Positions 10,441-24,417 of a stretch of 64,000 nt of DNA are shown here, one piece after another. This DNA comes from the human T2T-CHM13v2.0 reference genome, Homo sapiens. The notes beneath the pieces were generated by a model. The model was not told the origin of the DNA and ran no database searches. It worked only from the letters and a program-made list of their open reading frames with translations. Location of the stretch: the NCBI RefSeq assembly GCF_009914755.1, contig NC_060935.1; one strand, given 5' to 3'. Each line of letters begins with the position of its first letter. The stretch's first letter is position 1. Both the position numbers and the translations under genes were made by a program.

Positions 10441-12836
10441 TAATAACGGAACTACATTTTAGAAAGCCAGTAGAAAGCCATTGCCTCGCATGACAGACCA
10501 GGAAGCTGGGGCCCAGAGAAAAGCCACGTGCTCAAGGCTGGCCAGTGAGTGAGAGGCAGAGACTCAGGAGTGGATCATGGGCTTCCCTTGGTTCAGCCTC
10601 CTTTACATCCGTCCCCTTACCCCACCGTGGAGGCTTGGGGCTGAGAGGGAGATTCTGTGGCTGCACTCCAAGGACTGGCCAGTTCCAGGCAGGAGGCGGC
10701 ACTCCCAGCTGGCTGGAAAAGAAGAGGCTGCTTCTCTGTCAAGCTCATGTCATTCCCCCATGAAACTGAAAGCTGCCCGGGTATGAGACCATGGAGAAGA
10801 CAGGTCTCATTCTCTGGGCCACGTTTCCTAACCACAGTACAATAAGGCTAGAAAGAAAACCCCAAAGTCCCAGCTCTAACATGGCAAATGCATGAAGAAA
10901 AGAACAGTCTTCTAAACAACTCTTAGGTTTAAGAAGAATGAAAACAGTGATCATGGGCCTTTCGAAAATCAACAGCCAAAAAACTTTATAACCTCAAACA
11001 AATTCCTCCGAAACAAGAAACTCTGAACAAAAGTGAACAAAGCATTCAACTCTAGGAGATCAGGAAAACAAAACCCGAAATATGTGTGAAAGAAGTAATA
11101 AGGGCTAATTAATGATGAGGAGGAGAGAAATTAACAAGGCAGAAAAGTGAACTGTTAACTAAGTTGATATAATGAAAAACTGCTGTTTTTTAAAAGACCA
11201 ACAAAATAGGCGCATTTAAATAAGAAAGAAGACACATTTTTAAAATACCAGAAAGGGTGAAAGGTGACTTAAGTACAAATATGTAAAAGATTAAAAACAG
11301 GATGTTCATTTATGACCACGATGGAGTAACAGGGACTGAATTTACTGCTCTCCTCCCGCCCCCTCCAAAACAACAATAACAACAAAAAGGATCAAATTCA
11401 GGAAACAACAGTTTTCAATACACTGCACATACGACAACAAAGGACAGTAGTCCTCAAGAGATGGCAAACAGGTGAACGGGGCCCTACAGCTTCCCAGCTG
11501 CTCCCCTGAGTTTCCCAACCATGGCCCAGAAGGAGGTACCTGGGCAGAGCCCAGTGGAGTACTTGGAGGAGGAGACAGAGCTCAGAGCCAAGGAGGCCCA
11601 GGCAGCTGGGTTCTCAGGACAGAGGAGTGGATTGGAGAGAGCTGCATAGAGGGAGAGCCCTAGAGAGCTGCAGAAAGTTCCTCCAAGGACTCAGCAGAGA
11701 ACTGATCAGGGATGTGTGTGAAGAGCCAGAGGCTAGGGAAGAAATTGTCCGGAAGGATCAGAGAGAAGTGCCCAGTTCTCACTCAGGACTGGAGGAGGGC
11801 TGTCCTAACCAGCCCACATGGGAAACTCATAGTTCATGAGGCCGTGGACAGAGTATACAGCAGGCTCTTGCCTCACTGGCGGGGATCATTTGCCCTAGAC
11901 TGGACACCGTTCCAATCCCACCTCACCCCAAAAAATCAAGTGTTTCTAAGTAACTCAACTATGCCCCAGGCAAAACTAAAAAATAGGAATACAAAAATAT
12001 CTGGCATCTAAAAAGATAAAGATTACAATGTATGATATTTAATAAAAAATGCCAAGCATGCATAAAGCAGAAAAATATGCCATCTAATAAGGATATAGAT
12101 AAAAAGTAAATAAATATCCAGAGCTGACAAAGGCATTAACAAGGAAAGAACATTAAAACAGGTGTTATGACTGTATTTCCTATGTTGAAAGCCAAGTGGA
12201 GACATGGAAGAGATGTATATATATTACATATGTCTCTTCTATGTCTCTAGTTAGGGGGATTCTATGGCTGCACTCCAAAGACTGGCCAATCACTGGCCAG
12301 AGGCAGCACCCCCAGCCTGCTGGAAGAGGAGAGGCTGCCCCTCTGTCAACCTCATGTCATTCTCCCATGCAACCAGAAGCTGTCCGGATATGAGATCATG
12401 CAGAAAGTGACCATATACTCAGGACAGGACAGGTTCATTTGGGACTATTTATTTATTTATTTAGAGATGATAGCTACAATGTCTGAGACAAAGAATACAC
12501 TGAGCTGGAAAAACAGTAAGGATATTATGAAAGAAAAGGTTAATGAACTTGAAGACATTGCAATAGATAATATTCAAAATTAAGCATAGAGAGAAAACAG
12601 AATTGTTTAAAAGTGAAGAGAGCAGCAGTGAGCTATGGAAAAATTCAAGTGGTCTAATATACATGTAATCAAAGTCCCTGAATGAAAGGACAGAAGAGAC
12701 AGAAAAAGTATTTGGAGAAAAAAAATGACAGAAAATTTTCCAAAGTTGATGAAAATTATAACACACAGATCTGCAAAGCTCAACAAATTCTGATAAGGAG
12801 GAACTTGAAGAAAATGACAGCATCAAGACACATCTT

Positions 12837-13120
<284 letters not shown>

Positions 13121-13276
13121 AAGACATATCTTAATCAAATTGCTTGAAACCAGTAGTAAAGCAAAATAAAATAAAATGAAATAAAACCTTAAAAGCAACC
13201 AGAGGAAAAAAGATACATTTACATATGTACAAAAGAATGACTTATATACAGAGGAATAGAAATAAGGATGAAACAA

Positions 13277-13769
13277 TATTTGTACACCTGTGCTCATAGC
13301 AGCACTATTTACAATAGCCAAAAAGTGAAAGCAACCGACTATCCATTGATGATGAATGAATAAACAAAATGTGGTCCATCCATGCAGTGGAATATTATCC
13401 AGCCTTAAAAAGCAAGGGAATTCTGATACATGTCACAACATAGATGAACCTGGAGGACATTATGCTGAGTAGAATAAGCCAGACACAAATATTGTATGGT
13501 TCCGCTTACATGAGGTAGCATCATTAAATCCATAAAGGCAGAAAGTAGAATGGTGGTTGCCAGGGCATAGGAGTTAGTGATTAATGGGATCGAGATACAG
13601 TTTGGAAAGATGAAAAAGTTCTGGAGATGGATGGTGATAATGGCTGCACAACAATATGAATGTACTTAATACCATTGAGTTATATACCTAAAAATGATTA
13701 AGGTAGTAAATTTGTATGTCATGTATATTTTACCACAATTAAAAAATTAGACAAAATACAAAAATAAAA
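13277..13769 (+). mobile_element. 5'-truncated L1 (L1MA/MB 3' end) nested in the older L1
   Basis: Typical L1 3' UTR with A-rich tail. TSD aaggatgaaacaa (13264-13276) / aaggatgatacaa (13770-13782). Confidence 0.8.
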
Positions 13770-16700
13770 AAGGATGATACAAATTTCTCACTGGAAACAA
13801 TGCAAGGAGAAGACAATGGAGCAACATCTTTAAAGAACTAAAAAAATACTGTCAACCTAGAATTCTATACCCAGTGAAAATATCTTTCAAAAGTACAGAT
13901 GAAATCGTTTGTTCAGACATTCAAAAGCTGAAAGAATTCATCACCAGCAGACCTGCACTACAAAAATATTAAAGGAAGTCTTTCAGGAAGAAGGAAAATT
14001 ATATGAGATAGAATTATAGAATTAGCAAACGGATGAAGAGCACCAGAAATGGTAACTATATGGATAAATACATATAAATTTTTGTTGCTATTTAAATATT
14101 TTTAAAAAATAGGTGACTACTTAAACAAAAACAGTAACTGATAGGGAGTTGATACCATATGTAAAAATAGATCATATGGCAATACCACAAAGGCAAGGAG
14201 GGAAGAAATGGAGGTATACTATTATAAAATTCTTATACTGTATGTGAAGTTGTATCATTTCACTTTAAGGTTGACTGTGATAAGTTGAAGATGTAAGCTA
14301 TATACCCTACAGGAAGCACTAAATTTAAAAAAAAGAATTACAGTAAATAAATTAATTAAAAATTAATGGAATCATTAACAAATTATTCAATTAATTCTTA
14401 CCACCAAAAAAAAAAAAAAAGAAACAGAAAAAGAGACGAAATGGGACAAAGACAGATAGAACGAATAGAAATGACAGGTTTATATACTCAGGCCTAACCA
14501 TAACAATAAACACATTAAATGTCAATGGTCTAAATACCCAGTTAAAACCTCATAGTCAGGTTGGATAACAAAGTAATACCTAACTGTCTGCTGCCTTCAA
14601 GAAACATGCTTCAAATATAAATATATAAATATGTTTAATGTAAGATGGTGCTATGGTAAGTGGCTTTTAAGGAGGCCCGAAGCATCTTAGTATTCACATC
14701 CATGGCTGGGACTAGGGGGAGGCAAGTAAGCCACTTGCCTCGGTCATGAAATTCAAAGAAGGACCAGAAAATTCAGTAATCAAGACAAATAATATTTCAA
14801 TGCAATATTTTTAAAAATACAAATTAATGCAAAAATATATGAAGACCAAATTTTCAGAATTTTAAATAAAGACAGGATGAGTAACAGTACCATACTATGC
14901 TGAGCCTCTGTTGGAGCCTGAAGCAAAAGGGAAAATTCAGCCTTCTGAGAAGCCCTGATTCGGAGGCACCAAGATAAACTGTGCTTAGTTTCCTGGCCCA
15001 CAGGAATCTGTGAGATAAGTATCTGTTGTTTTAAGCTACTAAGTTTTGGGGTATTTGTTAGACAGCAGTAGATAGTATGAAGTTCAGGATTCTATGTCAA
15101 AACCAATCAAAAGAAAGCAGAAGTGGCCATTTTAATAGATTTCAGGATAAAGAATATTACCAGGCATTAAGAAGGTCACTTCAGAACAATTAAGGGGCCA
15201 TTCATGAGGGCATGACAATCCCAAATGTTAACGAATAAAGCAAAAGCATCATGATAGACCTACAAGGAGAAATAGATTAACCCACAATTACAGTCAGAGT
15301 CTTCAACACTCCTTTCTAGATACTTGATAGAATAAATAGACAGAACATCATAAAAAATATAGAAAAGGTAAACAACACTATCAACTTGCTTGACCTAATT
15401 GACATTAATGGAAAATCCCACCTGTTAACAGCAAAATACACATTCTTTTAAAGTGCACGTGAAGTATTTACCAAGGTAAATTGTCTTATGGGCAATAGAA
15501 CAAGTCTTGGAAAATGTAAAAGAGGATTCAAGTCATACAAAGTATATTCTCTGACCATAATGAAGTTAAATTCTGCTAATAACAGAGATATATGAAAAAT
15601 GCCCAAATATTTGGAAATAAATAAAATAGATCTAAATAACCCATGGTTTAACAAATAAATCAAAAGAGAAATTAGAAACTATTTTAAACCAAGTAAAAAT
15701 GAAAACACAGCATTTCAAAATTTATGCAATGCAGTACTTGGAGGGGGATTTAGACAGCTAAACACATATATTAGAATAGAATAAAAGCCTGAAATCAATG
15801 ACACCAGCTCCTTAGAAACTAGGAACACAAACCCAATGTAAGTGCAAGGAGTACAAAATAAGAATCAGAGTAGAATCAGTGAAACAGAAAAAAATAGAGC
15901 TATCAGTGAAACACAAAGCTGGTTCATTGAGAAGGTCAGTAATATCAATAAAAGCCAGAATGGTCAGGAGGAAAAGGAAAAAGATGCTATTTGCCAATAT
16001 CATGAATGAGTGAGATGTCATCATTACAGATCCTACAGGTATTAAAAGTATAATAAAAGAATATTAGGAACAACTTTATACCAATAAATTCACCGACTTA
16101 GATGAAATAGACAAAATCTTTGTAAGACACAAACTAATAGCACTTACTTAAGAAGAATTAAATAACCAGAATAGCACCATATTTATTCAGTAAATTAAAT
16201 GTGTAGGTAAAATCCTTCCTTCAAAGAAAACCCCAGGCCTATGTGATATCACTAGTGAATTCTATCAAATATTTAAGGAAGAAATAAAACCAATTCTACA
16301 TAAATAAATCCAGAAGAATTGAAAAAGATGGAATACTTTTAAATTCATTCTATAAGAACAGCATTACCCTGATACCAAAGCCAGACAATCACAACACAAG
16401 GAGGAACTACAGGCTGATATTCCTCATGAACGTAGATGCAAGAATTCTAAAAAAAAGTTTAGCAAATTGAACCCAACCATATACAAGTGGGGCCTATTCA
16501 AGGAATTCAAGGTTGGTTTAACATTCAAAAGATCAACTCAACGAATTGACCATATTAAATTTAAAAAGAAAAACCATATAATAATGTCAATAGCACAGAA
16601 AAAGCATTTGACAAAATCCAGTGGCCATTCATGATTTTTAAAATCTCAGCGAACTAGGAATAGAAAGAAGGACAATTTCTCAGCCTGTAAAGGGTATCAA

Positions 16701-17559
16701 ACTTAATGGTACAAGACTGGTTACTTTCCTGCTAAAACACATAGACAAGACAAAGGTGTCCTCATAATTTCTATTTAGCAATGTCCTAGAGGTTTTAGTC
16801 AGTGGAACAAAGCAAGAAAAAGGAACAAAAGCCTTCCAGTTTGGAAGGAGTAAAACTATCCTCATTCACAGAAAATGATCAGCTGTGAAGAAAATCTGAC
16901 CAAATCTGCAAAAACACTACATTAATTAAAGTGAGTTTAGCAAGGTTGCAGGATACAAGATCAATCTAGATAATCAATTGTATTTCCATATAGTAGCAAA
17001 GAACAATTGGAAATTGAAGTAAAAAATGCCATTTGCAAAAACATCAAATATTAAATACTCAGCTATAAATATGGCAAAAGATTTGCAAACCTGTACACTG
17101 AAAACTGAAAAACATTGATGAGGGACATTAAAGAAGACTTATCTAAGTGGAGAGATATGCTGTGTTAATGGATTGGAAAATTCAGTATTAAGATGTCAAT
17201 TTTCCTCACGTTAATCTATGAATTCAACACAATTCAAATAAAAAAAATATCAGAAGGCTTCTTTGTAGAAACTGGCAAAATGGTTTTAAAATCTGTAAAT
17301 TCTTAATTTCCCATACGAATGTATTTTCGTTCTTCAACTGACATTTTATCTGTAAAAATCTGAGAAGTGTCAGGTTGGCATGGAGCATATCATAATTTTT
17401 CACATTAAAAATATTGGAAATATTTTTGTTTAATTGCTTTTTCTTTCACAGAAGGGCAGTTATGAATGAATGTATATCTCTATATAATACATATACATAT
17501 ATATAATACATATATAGTATACATAATATATATATAATATGTATTGCATGCATATATTC

Positions 17560-17709
17560 AGAGACAGAATCTCACTGTGTTGCCCAGGCTGGAGTGCAGT
17601 GGTGCGATCATAGCTCACTGCGGCCTCAAACTCCTGACTTCAAGATATTTTCTTGCCTCGGCCTCCCAAAGCACTGTGATCACAGGCATGTGAGCCACTG
17701 CACCCAGCC
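17560..17709 (-). mobile_element. Alu monomer/fragment (FLAM/AluJ-like) with adjoining TA-rich simple repeat
   Basis: gagacagaatctcactgtgttgcccaggctggagtgcagtgg...gagccactgcacccagcc. Confidence 0.8.
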
Positions 17710-18854
17710 TAAATGGATGTTTGTAAGTGTGGAATATGTGCATACAGGAGTCTGCCTCCAAACTCTCTACCCCTCTGTCTTTGGTCTAACTTTCCTCTTA
17801 TGCCAATCCCATGGGATTTTCCTATTAGGCTTCACTGTATGTCTTCATATCAGACAGAGCAAATTCCTCTCTTTTTGTTCTTTTCAATCAAAGTTGACAT
17901 GTAACAGGCATATGCCAGACATCACTGTGGAAACGCTATACTCAACTGAGGACTTTGGTAGATTTACGGAGAGTACGCAGACAGACATTTCGTGTGGGAA
18001 TGCCTTAATATTACAAAGCTGTCAAACCCCCCTACATGAACGTAAGGATCCAGTGCAATCCCAGTCCACATCTCAGCTGGGGTGTGGCAAACGCTCCACG
18101 ACCTTACTCCAACACTAAGATCGAAGTGTAGAAGTCCGTGAGTAGCTCAGTCAGCTTTGAGTGTTTGCAAAGTGAGTGTTTCAGTGGCAAATATTCCTAA
18201 TATTCTCTGAGGCTTGGTGTGCCTAAGGGTATTTTCATCTCGCTGCTGCATTTAAACAATAATCATACCCGTAAAATCCTGTGTTCAAAGTTACCTTCCA
18301 CGCCTTTGAAATATTATTCTTTTGTCTTCTCACATCCGGTATCGCTCTTGAGAAGAATGATGCGATTCTTTCTTGCTCTTTTTAGGCAATTCTGCCGATT
18401 CTCTATGGGCCAATTCAGGACTTTGATATTTTAAAACTTCACCGTAACGCATCTATGTTCTTTCTTATCTGTCCTCGCCGGCCTGTCAAGAGCCCTTGCG
18501 TGTGTTTCTGTAATTCTGGGGTATTTATTTTCATTATTTCTTTAAATACCTCCTCTCTTCCTCTGCTTTCTGAGACTCTTCCTAGCCAATCCACTACTTT
18601 CTCCTTTTCTCCTCAAACGTCTCTGCTTCCCTTTTAAGTTTTTTTCTCATTATTGCTCCTGAACCTTCTAGAACAATTCCACCACACTTGATATTTTATC
18701 TCACTTGTTTCCTAGCAGCACCCATGCTGTGATGTACCCCATTCACTGTTGAACTGGCATCTTCCTCACACTCAGTATTTTCCCCCAGCTCCTTGTATAT
18801 GCCTCTTCATCCCATTTCACACTGTGCCAGCACCATCCCTTATGTTTTTGAGGG

Positions 18855-19122
18855 TTTTTTTCTTTCAAGTCTGGAGTGCAGTGGCACAATCTTGGATCAC
18901 TCAGCCTCAATCTCCTGGGCTCAAGCAATCCTCCTGCCTCAGCCTCCCAAGTAGCTGGGACAACAGGCACGAACCGCCATGGTTGGTTAATGTTTGTATG
19001 TTTTGTAGAGATGGGATCTTGCTACGTTACCCAGGCTGGTCTTGAACTCCTCAGCTCAAGTGATGCGCTCACCTCCGCTTCCCAAAATGCTGGGATTATG
19101 GCATGAATCACTGCACCCAGCC
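18855..19122 (-). mobile_element. AluJ-like
   Basis: ctggagtgcagtggcacaatc...ctcctgggctcaagcaatcctcctgcctcagcc...cactgcacccagcc. Confidence 0.85.
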
Positions 19123-19341
19123 ATGTTTTTGAGTTTCTACCAGGATTGCTTTAGCCTCACAGTTCATGTTTTTCAGCAGTTCTTGTCTGTATGCAATGTG
19201 ATGATCAGATTGCTGCCTTTCCATTCTCGCAGGTATGCCCATGAGTTCAGGCTCCACCTGAAGTGACGGTGACTGCGTCGGGCAGTGTGTTGGGGGAGGA
19301 TCCAGGGCCTGGCCCTGGCTGGGCCATCCCAGGCCGTGGAA

Positions 19342-20351
19342 TGTAGGGACCAGCCCCACAGGGTCGGTGGGTCTCTCCCCGTGTGCGGCGACGAGAGAGT
19401 GTAAAAATAAAGACACAGGACAAAGAGATAAAAGAAAAGACAGCTGGGCCCGGGGGACCACTACCACCAATGCGCGGAGACCAGTAGTGGCCCCGAATGT
19501 CTGGCTGTGCTGATATTTATTGGATACAAAGCAAAAGGGGCAGGGTAAAGAGTGTGAGTCATCTCCGATGATAGATAAGGTCACGTGGGTCACATGTCCA
19601 CTGGACAGGGGGCCCTTCCCTGCCTGGCAGCCGAGGCAGAGAGAGAGGGGAGACAGAGAGAGAAACAACTTACACCATTATTTCTGCATATCAGAGACTT
19701 TTAGTACTTTCACTAATTTGCTACTGCTATCTAGAAGGCAGAGCCAGGTGTACAGGATGGAACATGAAGGAGGACTAGGAGCGTGACCGCTGAAGCACAG
19801 CATCACAGGGAGACGGTTAGGCCTCCGGATAACTGCGGGCGAGCCTGACTCATGTCAGGCCCTCCACAAGAGGTGGAGGAGCAGAGTCTTCTCCAAACTC
19901 CACCAGGGCAAGGGAGACTCCTTTTCCCGGTCTGCTAAGTAGCGGATGTTGTTCCTTGACTCTTTTTGCTACCGCTAGACCACGGTCCGCCTGGCAACGG
20001 GCGTCTTCCCAGACGCTGGCGTCACCGCTAGACCAAGGAGCCCTTCTGGTGGCCCTGTCTGGGCATAACAGAAGGCTTGCATGCTTGTCTTCTGGTCACT
20101 CCTCACTATGTCCCCTCAGCTCCTATCTCTGTATGGCCTGGTTTTTCCTAGGTTATGATTATACAGTGAGGATTATTATAATATTGGAATAAAGAGTAAT
20201 TGCTACAAACTAATGATTAATGATATTCATATATAATCATGTCTATGCTCGAGATCTAGTATAACTCTTGTTGTTTTATATATTTTATTATACTGGAACA
20301 GCTCGTGCCCTCGGTCTCTTGCCTCGGCACCTGGATGGCTTGCCGCCCACC
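19342..20351 (-). mobile_element. Solo LTR13 (ERVK class), about 1010 bp, full length
   Basis: Reverse complement starts (g)gtgggcggcaagccatccaggtgccgaggcaagagaccgagggcacgagctgttccagtataataaa (LTR13 5' end) and ends ...ggtccctaca. 6-bp TSD GTGGAA at 19336-19341 and 20352-20357. Confidence 0.88.
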
Positions 20352-20989
20352 GTGGAAGAAGAGGAAAGCGTTCCTCTTCCCTTCCCTTCCCCTTTCCTTT
20401 AACACTTAAAACATATTTATCCCTCCCCTCCCATCTCCCCTCCCAACTCATAAATATAGTAGGATTCCAACTAATAAACATAGAAGGCATTTGGCAACCA
20501 GCACAGCAATTATTTAGGCACAAATCCTCAAATGATGCTAAAACGAGTGAGTAAAAGTCTAAGAAGCAACAGGAAGTTACACGGCATCACGTTTCTCCCC
20601 ACAAACTGGAAATTACAAAGCACAGAACATCAACGTGACATTGGAGAAACCTGCCAGCTACAATTTTAACCGTGTTCCAAGTTAACACTGCCGGGTCCTT
20701 CTTCCTCTTTGGGCCGTGATAGAGCAGTTAGGACCACACGTGGCCTTCACTGCACACAACCAGCAACCAGGATGCAGTCACACAGTTTGTGAGGCAAGTT
20801 CTCAAACGCTGGACAGCGCGCCGTGGGTGGTCTGTGAAGGACGTGAAACCAGCCGGGGGAGCCTGGTGATCTTCCAGCCGACCGAGAGTCTCTGGGCTGG
20901 GCCCTGGGTCTCACTGAGGTGAGGAGACAGAGGTCAGAGCTCAGCGAGGATGAGGCAACTAGAATTTTCAGGGTAGATCTTTGAAGAGG

Positions 20990-21243
20990 GGGTGGGGGAA
21001 AGAGAAAGACAGAGGAGAGAGACAGAGGCAGAGATACGCAGAGAGGGAGAGAGAGAGAGCGGGAGAGGGAGAGAGGGGGAAGAGAGGGAGGAAGAGATGA
21101 AGAAAGGGGGAGAAACAGGGATACAGACAGGGAGAGAGATAACTAGGCAGAGAGAGTTAGAAAGGGGAGAAGAGAGAGATAGAGAAAGACAGAGAGAGAG
21201 AGAGAAAGAGAGATACAGAGAGAGAGAGAGAGAAAAAAAAAAA
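20990..21243. repeat. GA-rich simple repeat
   Basis: Degenerate (GA)n polypurine tract. Confidence 0.9.
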
Positions 21244-21607
21244 ACTCCAGGGATCTGCAGAGACCCTCAGGTCCTTGGCTGAATATGGATCCACACATGC
21301 ATGAAGATAAACCACCTGAGGCCAGAGAAAAAACCCCCGTAGCTCAGGTCACACGGTCTGGAGACAGTTTGTGTTCCCACAAAACTATATAATACACAGG
21401 ATGTCGGGAAGGGTCCTCATAAGAGCCTCTCTTGAGTGCTGATTCTAAACCAACCCTAGACTAAAGGCAGCCCTGGATTCACCCTACAAAGCATAGAAGC
21501 AAAGCTCCAAAGATCCGATGGGTATCAGGAACTCATGGATGCCAGAACAAAATCCGACAGCAATTAAAGGAATACAACAAAATCTAGCAACGGACTGTGC
21601 AATATTT

Positions 21608-21642
<35 letters not shown>

Positions 21643-22198
21643 CAGGCATGCAGAGGAACAGGGAAACGTGACCCAGAACCAGGAGAAAAGCCAGTCAGTG
21701 GAGGCAGGTGCAGAAAGGCCAGAGGTGCTACTGTGACCAGACAAGGATTGAAACAGCTGTTTTAGAGGGGCCCCACGTGTAAGAAGGTCCAGTAATAGAA
21801 AGAGGGTGATAAAGCAATGGTGGCAAGGTGCTCACAGTTGGAGAATAGGCGGAGGTACAGGAATCCTTTGTACTATTTATGAAGCTTTTCTGCACATTGG
21901 AAATGATACAAAACAAAAAGTTAAAAAATGAAAGAGAGGTGGGGTGAGCCTAGAGCATGGAGCCCCAGGACCCATAGAATTTTGTTGATTCCTCTTAGTG
22001 TTCCTGCTAGCCAGGCACCTTGTGTGAAATTTGCCATTAACTCTCTGGAAAAAATCCGCTTTGGGAGGAGGCCACTGCCCGTGTGGCCACCTCCAGCCCT
22101 GAGACCAGAGCAGAAGGATACAGGAGCAACTGCTTGGAGACGGCTGGCGGATCTGCACATGTTTCTATCCATCCCACTTCCCCTCTGTAAGGTTCTAA

Positions 22199-22845
<647 letters not shown>

Positions 22846-23159
22846 CCTCTAGTATTCTTAGAGATTTGCCACATTGTTGATTTTTCCTCAAGGCTGTTTC
22901 TCCCTCTAGATGCTGGAGCTTCTCCAGCATTGATTTTGGGGACGGAAGCCTGGGCGAGGTACACATTCCGGCAGCCAGTGCCAGCTCTTAGAAGGTCACA
23001 CTGCCTATTGTGTGGACAGATTAGATGGGGTGGGGGTGGGACTTGTGAGTCCAGCAAGGGGGCTATTGTAGGCAGAGCTGCAAGAGGCACCAGCAGGCTG
23101 CATGGGCTCCAGGAGAGAGGTGCGACCTGACAGCCATTCTGGACACTGGGCTCAGTGAA

Positions 23160-23460
23160 AGAAGCCGGTCAGAAAAGGACAAATCCTGTGTGATTCCCTG
23201 GGTAGAAGGTCCCTAGGGTGGTCAAATCCATAGAGACAGAAAGTGGATGGTGGGTGCCAGGGCCTAGGAGAGGGGATGGGGAACGAGTGTTTAATGGGGA
23301 TAGAGTTTCAGTTTGGGAAGATGAGAAAGTTCTGGAGATGAAGGGTGGTGACAGCTGCACAACAGCACGAATGTGTCTAATGACGCTGAAGTGTAGTTTA
23401 AAATGGTTAAGATGGTCAGTTTTGTATTATGTCGATTTTACCACACTGTTTTTAAAAAGA
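23160..23460 (+). mobile_element. Old L1 3' end (L1MA/MB-like)
   Basis: gtcaaatccatagagacagaaagt...agtttcagtttgggaagatgagaaagttctggagatg...aaaatggttaagatgg. Confidence 0.8.
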
Positions 23461-24417
23461 AGCATCCTGGAGAAAGCGTCAGTACTGCTCATGGGGGTGG
23501 GGTGAGGAGTCAGCTCCAGTGGCTGCTGGGCTCTCGTCCGAGAGGAGAAGGGAGGCTGGCCCTCGGGGGAAGGGCTGCAGGGATCCAGGGTTCCTGGGTG
23601 GATGTGCGGAGTCTGGGGTACCTGGGAACTATCCCCACAGAAATGGGAGGCCACCACTGAAATTCCAATGAGGGGCTCGAAGTTAAAACTTAACACATGA
23701 AAGATAAGTGGGGTGACAGCGTGGAGCCCCAGGACCTGTTGATTCCTCTTACCGTTGCTGAGGGGCTAATGGAAGGGGCTGGGCTGGAGGGTCCCCTGCA
23801 GTCAGTGGCAACTCAGCCCCTGGGCACTGAGGGACCATGCAAGAAGCGGGAGAGAGAACAGAAAAGGCAGGAAGAGCCCTTTTCCTCCACTGAGGGAGTA
23901 GGCAGAGTCAGGGAGTGGCTGAGAAAGGGCAACACAGTCAGCAACGGGAAATGCAAGGAAGACATGAGGACCCGGTCCCCCCATGCCTGGAGGGCTGGAG
24001 TGAGGACAGAGGGGGCCTGCTGGACCCAGGAGCGTGGAGCTCACTGGTGACTCCTGAGAGTCAGGGGACTCCCAGGAATGGCGTGGAATCCAGGATGCCA
24101 CTTCCTCCTGCCTGGCAGCAGGGCAGGCAGCTGGCTGGGGCCCAGACTCCCAGGAGGATGCCACTGCTGCCCAGACCTACTGCAGTGCACAGCAGAGCGG
24201 CAAGGGCCCCTGGTGCGTTGAGCAAACTTCCAGGCTTAAAAAGAGCGTGGCTGCCTCATCCCTCCACCACCCAGAGCTGGCTCAGGCCACGTGTGACCCA
24301 CCCTACCCTTAACAAGGCAGCTCCGGGAGTCCTGGAAGATGAACATCCCGCTCAGCTAGGGCGACACTGTGCCAATCCCTCCCATGGGCTTCCACCTGTA
24401 CCTCTTGTTTTCTACAC

